Origin: an uncultured Acidimicrobiia bacterium
Lineage (GTDB): Bacteria; Actinomycetota; Acidimicrobiia; IMCC26256; JAENVU01
Assembly (NCBI GenBank): GCA_963765075.1
Contig: CAVXVA010000001.1
Span: forward strand, 870,075-934,074
DNA length: 64,000 nucleotides
Reading direction: 5' to 3'
Every line of letters starts with the position of its first letter. Positions within the stretch are counted from its first letter, which is position 1. The position numbers and the translations under genes are program-made. The notes under the pieces were generated by a model. It had not been told where the DNA came from. It saw only the letters and a list, made by a program, of their open reading frames with translations, and made no database searches. Of this stretch, positions 52,425-60,038 are shown in pieces.

Positions 52425-53625
52425 GGGCTTGGACTCCCGGTCGCCGTCCGGAGTGCCGACGACTCACGCGTCGGATCCCTGCTGCCGCCGCCCAGCTCAG
52501 CGCGAAGGAGCAGATGACCGCCGTTGGAAGCAGAATCGCCAGGCGCACCTCGGGCACAACTGAGAGTCGGCGTAGTGCCAGCGCACCGGCGACGAGAACC
52601 GGCGTCTGCCAGACGTAGGCGCCATACGCCGATCGGGCAAGCACGCGAGCGCGCGGAGTCTCGGCGCTCCATCGACTGGCGAACCATCCCAACACCCAAA
52701 CGGAAGCGCTGACGGCAAGCGCGCCCTCGATGAACGCGGTCGCGAGCGACTCCCAGTGCAGTCCACCGGCGAAGCGCTCGGACGAAGCATTCTCGGCGAA
52801 GGCGCCCCCCGCCGCCATCACCACGACGAGGGCCACGATGGCGGCGGCGGTCACCCAGCCGCAGGTGCGTCGAAGGGTTCCCGGGACTTCTCGCAGCCAA
52901 CCCCGTTCGGCGCACACCGCACCGAAGCTGAACATCGCGATGAACTGGGGCCACTGGAAAACGTGAAGATTCATGACCTGGTCCGAGTCCATTGGGAACT
53001 GCAGCCGCAGGAGAAACGACGAGACCGAGATCCCGATGGCCATGAAGATCAAGAAGCGTGCATCGAAGGCGCGAACGGTTCCGGTACGTGCCGGCACATT
53101 CCCGCGCAGCAATAGGTAGACACCGGAGAACAGCAGCAACACCCCGACGAACCAGAGCGGACCGGTGTCGAGATCGGCAATGCGGGCTCGGAAGAACGGA
53201 ACGACCGGACCGTGGGCGCCGCCGGCCTGGTACGCGACCAGCGTGTTGACGGCCGGCGTGACGATCACGATGAACGCGACGAAGGGAATGCCCAACTTCA
53301 CAAGGCGGTCGATCACGAACCGCCGCGCGCCTTTGTGCGCCAGCGCGGTCGGTGTGAACCAGCCACCGATGAAGAAGAACAGGCCCATCGCGAAGAGCGC
53401 GCCGACGAGGCCGGGCATGAACACCAAGACCGTGGCAGCTTCTCCGAGGTTGCGCTCCTGGTAGAACCAGTCGCCACCGTCGGCGTAGGTCAGGACGGCG
53501 TGCGTGCTGATCACGCCGACAGCGAGCACGGTCTTGAGATTGTCCAAGTCGGCGCGACGCGATCGCGCGCTCCAGGTCGGTGGCGCCGCCGCGGCACGCC
53601 CGCTCACATCGGTCGGAAGAGCCAC
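52360..53625 (-). CDS. Acyltransferase family 3 (OafA/OpgC-like) membrane protein
   Basis: 421 aa with about 10 TM helices. ...LDNLKTVLAVGVISTHAVL... is present. The GTG start and the 65-nt overlap with the downstream gene make the exact 3' end uncertain. Confidence 0.75.
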   Translation of the reverse strand: MALPTDVSGRAAAAPPTWSARSRRADLDNLKTVLAVGVISTHAVLTYADGGDWFYQERNLGEAATVLVFMPGLVGALFAMGLFFFIGGWFTPTALAHKGARRFVIDRLVKLGIPFVAFIVIVTPAVNTLVAYQAGGAHGPVVPFFRARIADLDTGPLWFVGVLLLFSGVYLLLRGNVPARTGTVRAFDARFLIFMAIGISVSSFLLRLQFPMDSDQVMNLHVFQWPQFIAMFSFGAVCAERGWLREVPGTLRRTCGWVTAAAIVALVVVMAAGGAFAENASSERFAGGLHWESLATAFIEGALAVSASVWVLGWFASRWSAETPRARVLARSAYGAYVWQTPVLVAGALALRRLSVVPEVRLAILLPTAVICSFALSWAAAAGIRRVSRRHSGRRPGVQAHETRARGRRRDHALAPMVVGQ

Positions 53626-53774
53626 CGCTTCCCCTTCTGCCTCGAACGACTACAGCTTGCACCCAACCGGAGGCAGGCGACAGAGGCCTTGGACCGTCCC
53701 GTTGACGCGGCGGCAGTGAGCGCGTGTGACCTTCGCCCCTGTTCGGATCGAGTTCCTCGTATCACGCTCGACCG

Positions 53775-54008
53775 ATGAAGAAGGGCTTCTGGGTTGGCGT
53801 CGTACTCATCGGACTCCTGGCGCTGGCCAAGCGCTTCGGTCCGAAGGTTCCGAACGTCGATTGGGAGAAGCGGCTCGAACGAATGCCGGACAATGCTCCG
53901 CCGAAATGGATGTTCGGCAACATCACCGCGATCCGAGAGAACACCGACCGAATCCTCGAGATCCTCGACGAGAAAGCGGTGGTCGAAGAACGGGAGGACG
54001 TGCAATGA
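53775..54008 (+). CDS. Hypothetical small membrane-anchored protein (77 aa)
   Basis: The N-terminal TM is MKKGFWVGVVLIGLLALA, followed by a charged tail. The stop overlaps the next ATG (ATGA). Confidence 0.5.
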   Translation: MKKGFWVGVVLIGLLALAKRFGPKVPNVDWEKRLERMPDNAPPKWMFGNITAIRENTDRILEILDEKAVVEEREDVQ

Positions 54009-54292
54009 CAGACAGGGCCGACGTCGAGAATGGAAGTGTCCAAACGTCCGAGTACGAACGGGCTCGCAAGCGAGTGGAGCGAAAGCGCAAGTTCCGGAGC
54101 GATCTGGTCGCGTACGTCGTGATCAACGTGTTCTTGATCGGGGCGTGGGCGGCCACGGGCACGGGGTATTTCTGGCCGGGATGGGTCTTGGCCGGGTGGG
54201 GCGTGGCCTTGTTGCTCGACGGGTGGAACCTCTACTACCGGCGACCGATCACCCACGACGACATCAACCGAGAGATCCGCGACGGGCACTGA
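54005..54292 (+). CDS. 2TM domain-containing protein
   Basis: ...RARKRVERKRKFRSDLVAYVVINVFLIGAWAATG...GWVLAGWGVALLLDGW matches the 2TM (PF13239-like) pattern. Confidence 0.7.
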   Translation: MTDRADVENGSVQTSEYERARKRVERKRKFRSDLVAYVVINVFLIGAWAATGTGYFWPGWVLAGWGVALLLDGWNLYYRRPITHDDINREIRDGH

Positions 54293-54496
54293 ACCAAGGA
54301 CAACACGCACTGCAACGGGAGACTTCATCGGCTTCCGGGCCATGGACGGAACCCGCTTCGAGTTGTTCCATGAGCCAAATCTGTGCGATCGGAGCAGCCC
54401 GCAACCTCCGAAGTGTTTCTCGTCTCGTATCTCACCTCGCTGGTGGCGTAGCGCCTGACACCTCGGCGCGGCGAGGGGCGCCTACGGTTCAACGTC

Positions 54497-55357
54497 ATGA
54501 CCGGTGTCGAACCGTTCGATCCTGGGTTCGGACCCCTCGCCGGAACCACAGTGCGGGTAGCGGCCTGGAACCTGTGGGCCACCTATGCCGCATGGCCGGT
54601 CCGGGGCCCGATCATCGAAGCGCAACTCCGCGCCGCCGCGCCCGACATCGCGCTCCTCGTCGAGGTATGGGAGGACCCCGCGGGTCGATCCCAAGCGGAG
54701 GAACTCGCGCAAGCGCTCGGCGGCTACGAACACGTCTGGGCATCGAACCTCACCTTTGCCGACGGCGTTCACGCCGGAAACGCAATCCTCAGCCGGTGGC
54801 CAATCGTGCGTTCGGAGGTCCGGACGCTCCCACGCGAGGCGCCGAATGGTGCGCGCGACGACGAGGGCGAGGAACGCCTGTGTGTCTTCGCCGAGATCGA
54901 TGGACCGCGCGGGTTCATACAAGTCTTCTGCGCCCACCTGTCCTGGCGCGAGGACCACGGTGCGATTCGCCAGGAGCAGGTCCGCGCCATCGCGGAGTTC
55001 GCCCGCGAGACGCGACCGCGGGCGTTCCCCGCGATCCTCGGGGGTGATCTGAACGCGGCGCCCGACACCGACGAGATCCGCATGCTCACGGGCCACGCGG
55101 CCGTGCCCGTACCCGGGATCTGGTTCCGCGACGCGTGGGTACACGCCGGCGATGGCCCGGGCTACACGTGGTCGAACACAAACCCGTGGGCAGCCACGAG
55201 CCTCGACGTCGATCGCCGGATCGACTATCTCCTCGTCGGTCACCCCAAGCTCGGTGGCGTCGGCCATCCCGTCCACGCCGAACTCCTCGGCGACGAACCG
55301 GTCGACGGTGTCTACGGCTCGGACCACTTCGGTCTCGTCGCCGACCTCCGCTACTGA
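54497..55357 (+). CDS. Endonuclease/exonuclease/phosphatase (EEP) family protein
   Basis: ...VAAWNLW...LLVEVW...GGDLNA...SDHFGLVADL are present. Confidence 0.85.
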   Translation: MTGVEPFDPGFGPLAGTTVRVAAWNLWATYAAWPVRGPIIEAQLRAAAPDIALLVEVWEDPAGRSQAEELAQALGGYEHVWASNLTFADGVHAGNAILSRWPIVRSEVRTLPREAPNGARDDEGEERLCVFAEIDGPRGFIQVFCAHLSWREDHGAIRQEQVRAIAEFARETRPRAFPAILGGDLNAAPDTDEIRMLTGHAAVPVPGIWFRDAWVHAGDGPGYTWSNTNPWAATSLDVDRRIDYLLVGHPKLGGVGHPVHAELLGDEPVDGVYGSDHFGLVADLRY

Positions 55358-55358
55358 T

Positions 55359-56141
55359 TCACGATGCGCGGAACCATTCGCGCGCCAAGGTGTCGAACTC
55401 GGTTCGGTACGTGCGATAGGCCACCCGCAACGCCCCGCCCGGCCACGGCTCGGGAAGCAGCGCCGCCGGCAACCACGGATCGGCGCGGATGTGCCGGAGC
55501 GCGGCGGCCCCGGCGAGAAACGCGTCGGTGATCGCCTCCTCGCGATCACTCCGCACGGCATCGGTCGCCCGGTACAACTGCGTCAGCAGGCTGTCGGCCC
55601 GTGCTCGCCACGCTCGCGGGGCGAAGAGGTCGTCGGCCAACGCCACCGGATCCGCATCGGGCCGCGCGTCGAGCCACGAACACCGCGGATCCTCGACGAG
55701 ATCGGGCACGTTCGCGGGTCGGATCCACACACCCTCGCGCCACTCGGCCAACCGGGCCCGCTTCAGTGCGAGCCGGACGTCGGCCCGAACCCCCGCCGGG
55801 CGCGCATCGCCGACCACGATCGCCATCCGCCACGAGCCGTCCCATCGGGCCGGTCGAGCCACGAGACTCGACTGCTGTTCACGCTGACGCTGCGCCAGCG
55901 GGCCGACGAGCACATACGACCCCGAGTCGTTGCGTTCCAGTTCCCCGGCGGTCGTCATCCGATGGAGCGCGACGCGAGCGGTCCCGGGCGCGATCCCGAA
56001 CAGCGCACACCAGCGCACCAGATCCCGACCCGAGGCCCGCGCGGATCGGCGCCCGAGCAGCAAGCTGGCCATGACCGATCGAGCCGAGAGTGGCCGTGCT
56101 CGTTCGCCGGCCAGTTCGAAGAAGTTACGTGATTGCACCAT
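55359..56141 (-). CDS. PaaX-family transcriptional regulator
   Basis: ...LSARSVMASLLLG...LVRWCALFGIAPGTARVALHRMTTAGEL... and ...WDGSWRMAIV...REGVWIRP... are present. Confidence 0.8.
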   Translation of the reverse strand: MVQSRNFFELAGERARPLSARSVMASLLLGRRSARASGRDLVRWCALFGIAPGTARVALHRMTTAGELERNDSGSYVLVGPLAQRQREQQSSLVARPARWDGSWRMAIVVGDARPAGVRADVRLALKRARLAEWREGVWIRPANVPDLVEDPRCSWLDARPDADPVALADDLFAPRAWRARADSLLTQLYRATDAVRSDREEAITDAFLAGAAALRHIRADPWLPAALLPEPWPGGALRVAYRTYRTEFDTLAREWFRAS

Positions 56142-56156
56142 TTGTTGTAATCATTG

Positions 56157-56162
56157 TAACGT
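56157..56162 (+). promoter_or_regulatory. -10-like hexamer TAACGT, 7 nt upstream of the desaturase GTG (leaderless geometry)
   Basis: TAACGT is followed by catcgcc and GTG at 56170. It lies inside a 28-nt AT-rich divergent intergenic region that carries TTGTAA direct repeats. Confidence 0.35.
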
Positions 56163-56169
56163 CATCGCC

Positions 56170-57120
56170 GTGGTCGCCACCGTCATTCCTGCACCCGGTC
56201 TCCTCGTCGCACCGAGCGTCGAGAGCCCAATCGCACCATCGGGGAAACCCAAGCCCGAGCTGCGAGAGGAACTCCGCCGCATCCCGACCCTGCACAACGT
56301 GATGAACGCGCTGGTGCTCTACGCGGTGACGATCGGGGTCTTCGTGACGGTCGCGTGGGCTGACAACGTCTTCGTGTGGATCGCGGCCTTCCTCGCCATG
56401 GGACCGATCCATGCGCGGTTCGCGATCTTCATGCATGAGGCCGCGCATCGACTGCTCTTTGCGAATCGCAAGGCGAACGACTTCTTCGGCAAGTGGTTCA
56501 TCGCGTTCCCTGCGTTCGTGCCGATCGACCTCTACCGCCGCGGCCATATGGCGCACCACCGGGAGGAGTTCGGACCCAACGAGCCCGACATTCCCCTGTA
56601 CCGCGGGTATCCGATCCCCCGCGACTCGATGATGCGCAAACTGCGTCGCGACGCGTTCGGCATCACCGGGTGGAAGCTCACGCGGGGATTGTTCCGCGGT
56701 GTGGTGGCCGAGGACGTGAAGGTGCGCAACCAGGCCCGCGGCATCGTGGTTGTCCAGCTCGTGATGTTGGGAATCTTCACCTTGGCGGGCCATCCGTGGA
56801 TGTACTTCATCCTCTGGTTCCTCCCCCACCTCACGGTGTGGCGGGTGATCAATCGACTGCGCGGCATTGCCGAACACGGTGGCATGAAGCACTCGACCGA
56901 CCGCCGCGAGACCACCCACTCGGTGCGCCAGCACTGGCCTGCTCGGCTCACGATCGTCCCGTACTTCACCGGCTGGCACCTGGCCCACCACGTCGACTCG
57001 GGCATCCCGATGCGCAACCTGCCGCGTCTGCACGAGGAACTGATCCGCTCCGGTTACATCCAGCCCGGCCTCGAGTACCCGAGCTACCCCGCCCTCTGGC
57101 GCGCCCTCGCCTCCGGCTGA
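56170..57120 (+). CDS. Fatty acid desaturase family protein
   Basis: The His boxes HEAAH, HMAHHRE and HLAHH are present, with 4 TM helices. GTG 56170 is the only in-frame start upstream of the conserved N-terminus. Confidence 0.85.
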   Translation: MVATVIPAPGLLVAPSVESPIAPSGKPKPELREELRRIPTLHNVMNALVLYAVTIGVFVTVAWADNVFVWIAAFLAMGPIHARFAIFMHEAAHRLLFANRKANDFFGKWFIAFPAFVPIDLYRRGHMAHHREEFGPNEPDIPLYRGYPIPRDSMMRKLRRDAFGITGWKLTRGLFRGVVAEDVKVRNQARGIVVVQLVMLGIFTLAGHPWMYFILWFLPHLTVWRVINRLRGIAEHGGMKHSTDRRETTHSVRQHWPARLTIVPYFTGWHLAHHVDSGIPMRNLPRLHEELIRSGYIQPGLEYPSYPALWRALASG

Positions 57121-57150
57121 CCCCCCACCTCGCACTGACCCACCCCGCAT

Positions 57151-57262
57151 CGTTTGGCGGATCTTGGCGCGGAGCGCGCCACCAGCCGCCAAACGCTGAC
57201 GGTCGGTGTCGACGTTTGGCGGATCTTGGCGCGGAGCGCGCCACCAGCTGCCAAACGCTGAG
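57151..57262. repeat. Tandem direct repeat (2 copies, 50 nt, period 62) of a compound hairpin
   Basis: The two copies, 57151-57200 and 57213-57262, differ at one base. Each folds as CGTTTGGCGG-ATCT-TGGCGCG-GAG-CGCGCCA-CCAG-CCGCCAAACG. Confidence 0.8.
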
Positions 57263-57269
57263 GAGTGGG

Positions 57270-58004
57270 GTGGGTGAAACGTGCCATGCTCACCACGTGG
57301 GTCGGTTGGCGGTCATTGCCGGGAGCGCGTTGCGCGACAGTGCGTTCGCAGCGGCTGGGACTCGAGTGGAGTTCTGCGGCGTCGCGGTCACCGACGTGGG
57401 CGGCACGATCGTGTTGCAACGGCACGGGCTCGACACGTGGTCCCCGCCGCATCGCATCGACCATCGGGCGCACATCACGGCCCTCCTCGATGCCGACGTC
57501 GACCGGATCTGCGCGATCTCGTCGGTCGGAAGCCTGCGCACGGACTGGCCCGTCGGCACGTGCGCGATCGTCGACGACTTCTACGCGCCCGGCGAGACCA
57601 CGAGCTACTTCGACGATCCCCGCAGCCACATCGTTCCGGGGTTCGACCCGGTGTGGCGAGGTGCAGTGCTCGACGCGTGGCGCACCACAACGACCACGGC
57701 GATCCACGATGGCGGGGTCTACGCACAAACGAGCGGCCCGCGCTTCGAGACCCCTGCCGAGGTGCGGGCGCTGACCCACGTGGCCGATCTCGTCGGCATG
57801 ACCGTCGCCTCCGAATGCATCATGGCCGCCGAAGCCGGCGTGGCGTACGCCGCGATCTGTGTCGTCGACAACTTGGCCAACGGTCTCGGCCCCACCGACC
57901 TGACCATCGCCGAGTTCGAAGCGGGCGTCGCCACCAACCGCGCCCGGCTCGTCGCCGACCTCGACGCGCTGATCCCCGCGCTCGCACCGTTGGGTCGATC
58001 GTGA
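57270..58004 (+). CDS. S-methyl-5'-thioadenosine / methylthioinosine phosphorylase (PNP family 2)
   Basis: ...LAVIAGSAL...ICAISSVGSL...YAQTSGPRFETPAEVRAL...ADLVGMTVASEC... is present. The start is GTG 57270 (AGGAG 4 nt upstream) or GTG 57297. Confidence 0.8.
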   Translation: MGETCHAHHVGRLAVIAGSALRDSAFAAAGTRVEFCGVAVTDVGGTIVLQRHGLDTWSPPHRIDHRAHITALLDADVDRICAISSVGSLRTDWPVGTCAIVDDFYAPGETTSYFDDPRSHIVPGFDPVWRGAVLDAWRTTTTTAIHDGGVYAQTSGPRFETPAEVRALTHVADLVGMTVASECIMAAEAGVAYAAICVVDNLANGLGPTDLTIAEFEAGVATNRARLVADLDALIPALAPLGRS

Positions 58005-59302
58005 CGCTCACGGTCACCAACGCAGTGTTGGACGGCGAGACCGTCGGGTTGCGCGCAGTCGACGGCATCATCTCCGAGATCGGGCCTGATGTCGCCGCGA
58101 TGCCCGGCGACGAGCACCTCGACGCCGGCGGACTCGCGCTCACGCCCGGGCTCGTGAACGGTCACGGTCACGCGGCCATGACCCTGTTACGCGGCTTCGG
58201 CGACGACCTGCCGCTGATGGAGTGGCTGGAGACCCGCATCTGGCCCGCCGAGGCACGCGTCACGCCCGACGACGTCTACTGGGGAACCCGGCTCGCGTGC
58301 CTGGAGATGATCCGCTCGGGGACCACGCACTTCTGGGACATGTACTGGTTCCAGTTCGATGCCGCGCGGGCGGTGCAGGACAGCGGGATGCGGGCCACGG
58401 TGAGCCAGGTCTTCCTCAACTTCCCCGGCGCGCCCGAAGAAGCGCGGCCCGAAGCGGCACCGGATGGTCTCGCCCGACTGGCGAGTTTCGGCCCGAGGAT
58501 CACCCCGAGTCTCGGACCGCATGCGATCTATACCGTCGACGAACCGACGCTGGGGATCGTGGCCGAACTGTCGGCCGCGCACGCCGCGCCGGTCCAGATC
58601 CACCTCTCCGAGATCGAGAGCGAGGTCATCGACTGCCTGGCCGCGCACGGATGCCGACCGGCGGAGTACCTCGACCGCGTCGGCCTGCTCACCGAGCGCA
58701 CCGTGCTCGCGCACTGCGTGTGGCTCGATGATGCCGAACTTGCCCTCATCTCGGAACGGGGCGCGACCATCGTGACCAACCCGGCATCGAACATGAAGCT
58801 CGCCGTGGGCCGCGCGTTTCCGTACGTGCGAGCGCGGGCCGCTGGGATCCCGATCGGTATCGGCACCGACAGTGCCGCGTCGAACAACTCGCTCGACCTG
58901 CTGGCCGAGCTGAAGCTGCTGACCCTGCTCCAAAAGCACACCGAGTCGGACGCCCGCGTCCTCCCTGCGCCGGATGCGTGGGCAATCGTGACCGGGGCGG
59001 CGGCGCCCGCCCTCGGCGGGAGCCCGCTCGCGGTCGGCGCTCGGGCCGACTTCCTCCTCGTCGACCAGCACTGCGCCGAGATGACGCCGTCTCCCCTGCT
59101 CGACGCACTCGTGTACTCCGGCTCGGGTGCGGTCATAGACACGACGGTGGTCGACGGTGTCGTGCTCATGCGGCACCGCCACGTCGACGGCGAAGCCGAA
59201 ATTCGCGGCCCGCGCGCGCACCGCATCGCAACGTATCCAAGCGGCGACATGATCCAGACCGGCGCCGACGTACGAATCACACCGACGAAAGGCCGACCAT
59301 GA
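58001..59302 (+). CDS. Amidohydrolase, 5'-methylthioadenosine/S-adenosylhomocysteine deaminase (MtaD)-like
   Basis: ...PGLVNGHGHAAMTLLRG...MEWL...IHLSE...LAHCVWL...GIGTDSAASNN... is present. GTG overlaps the phosphorylase stop (GTGA). Confidence 0.85.
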   Translation: MTLTVTNAVLDGETVGLRAVDGIISEIGPDVAAMPGDEHLDAGGLALTPGLVNGHGHAAMTLLRGFGDDLPLMEWLETRIWPAEARVTPDDVYWGTRLACLEMIRSGTTHFWDMYWFQFDAARAVQDSGMRATVSQVFLNFPGAPEEARPEAAPDGLARLASFGPRITPSLGPHAIYTVDEPTLGIVAELSAAHAAPVQIHLSEIESEVIDCLAAHGCRPAEYLDRVGLLTERTVLAHCVWLDDAELALISERGATIVTNPASNMKLAVGRAFPYVRARAAGIPIGIGTDSAASNNSLDLLAELKLLTLLQKHTESDARVLPAPDAWAIVTGAAAPALGGSPLAVGARADFLLVDQHCAEMTPSPLLDALVYSGSGAVIDTTVVDGVVLMRHRHVDGEAEIRGPRAHRIATYPSGDMIQTGADVRITPTKGRP

Positions 59303-59988
59303 CCGAGACCCAGCTCCCTCCGCTCAGTGCGGCATACACCGATCTCCGCGGGCGGGTGACCGAGCTCGTCCGCGCCGCGACGCCGGAACAACTCGATGCG
59401 ATCGCACCGGCGACCCCGGAGTGGCGCGTCCGTGATGTCCTCGCGCACCTCGTGGGGGTGACCGCCGACGTGCTCGCCGGCCGGTTGGACGGTGTCGCCA
59501 CCGATGAATGGACCCAAGCCCAGGTCGATGCCCGCGCCACGACACCGATCGAGACGATGCTCGCCGAGTGGGCCGAGAATGCGGTGACGGTCGAGCCGAT
59601 GATCCCCGATTTCGGCGTCAGCGGCGGCCAGGCGGTCCTCGACGCGTGCACCCACGAACACGACCTCCGCGACGCCCTCCGCCAGCCGGGTGCCCGGGAC
59701 TCCACTGCGGTGCACATCGGGAGTGCATGGCTCGGCGATCGGATCGGCGAGTTCAACGGCTCGACGGGCCACGGTGCGATCCGCATCGAGACCGACCTCT
59801 GGAGCCTGACCTACGGCGAGAGCGAACCGACCTCCACCCTGCGGGTCTCGGCGTTCGAACTCATGCGCGGGTCGACGGGCCGGCGAAGCCAGGCCCAGCT
59901 CGACGCATGGGAATGGATCGGTCCGGCTCGCGGCGAACTCGTCGTGATGCCGATCTTCACGGCCCGGGCCACCGACTTCGACGGGTAA
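59299..59988 (+). CDS. Mycothiol-dependent maleylpyruvate isomerase family (DinB-like, TIGR03083-type) protein
   Basis: ...PATPEWRVRDVLAHLVGV... is the N-terminal MDMPI motif. The ATG overlaps the upstream stop (ATGA). Confidence 0.8.
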   Translation: MTETQLPPLSAAYTDLRGRVTELVRAATPEQLDAIAPATPEWRVRDVLAHLVGVTADVLAGRLDGVATDEWTQAQVDARATTPIETMLAEWAENAVTVEPMIPDFGVSGGQAVLDACTHEHDLRDALRQPGARDSTAVHIGSAWLGDRIGEFNGSTGHGAIRIETDLWSLTYGESEPTSTLRVSAFELMRGSTGRRSQAQLDAWEWIGPARGELVVMPIFTARATDFDG

Positions 59989-60038
59989 CGGACGAGTAGC
60001 GAGGCGCGTGAGTTGATCACGCTACGGTTCCGCGGCCG

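Noticed and set aside
52421-53662. 413-aa minus-strand ORF overlapping the acyltransferase-3 gene in another frame.
   Set aside because: The product is Arg/Gly-rich without TM helices. The 52360..53625 frame gives a coherent 10-TM acyltransferase.
57281-59302. 673-aa ORF suggesting a much longer amidohydrolase.
   Set aside because: The first ~240 codons overlap the phosphorylase gene in another frame and are Arg-rich nonsense. Amidohydrolase similarity begins at VTLTVTNAVLDG, so the start was set to GTG 58001 (GTGA overlap).
59195-59302. Possible frameshift at the 3' end of the MtaD-like gene. An alternative frame gives ...FAARARTASQRIQAAT-stop at 59249-59251, which looks more protein-like than ...RGPRAHRIATYPSGDMIQTGADVRITPTKGRP.
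   Set aside because: The in-frame version ends in an ATGA overlap with the next gene, which is equally plausible. The family C-terminus is poorly conserved, so I cannot decide without an alignment.
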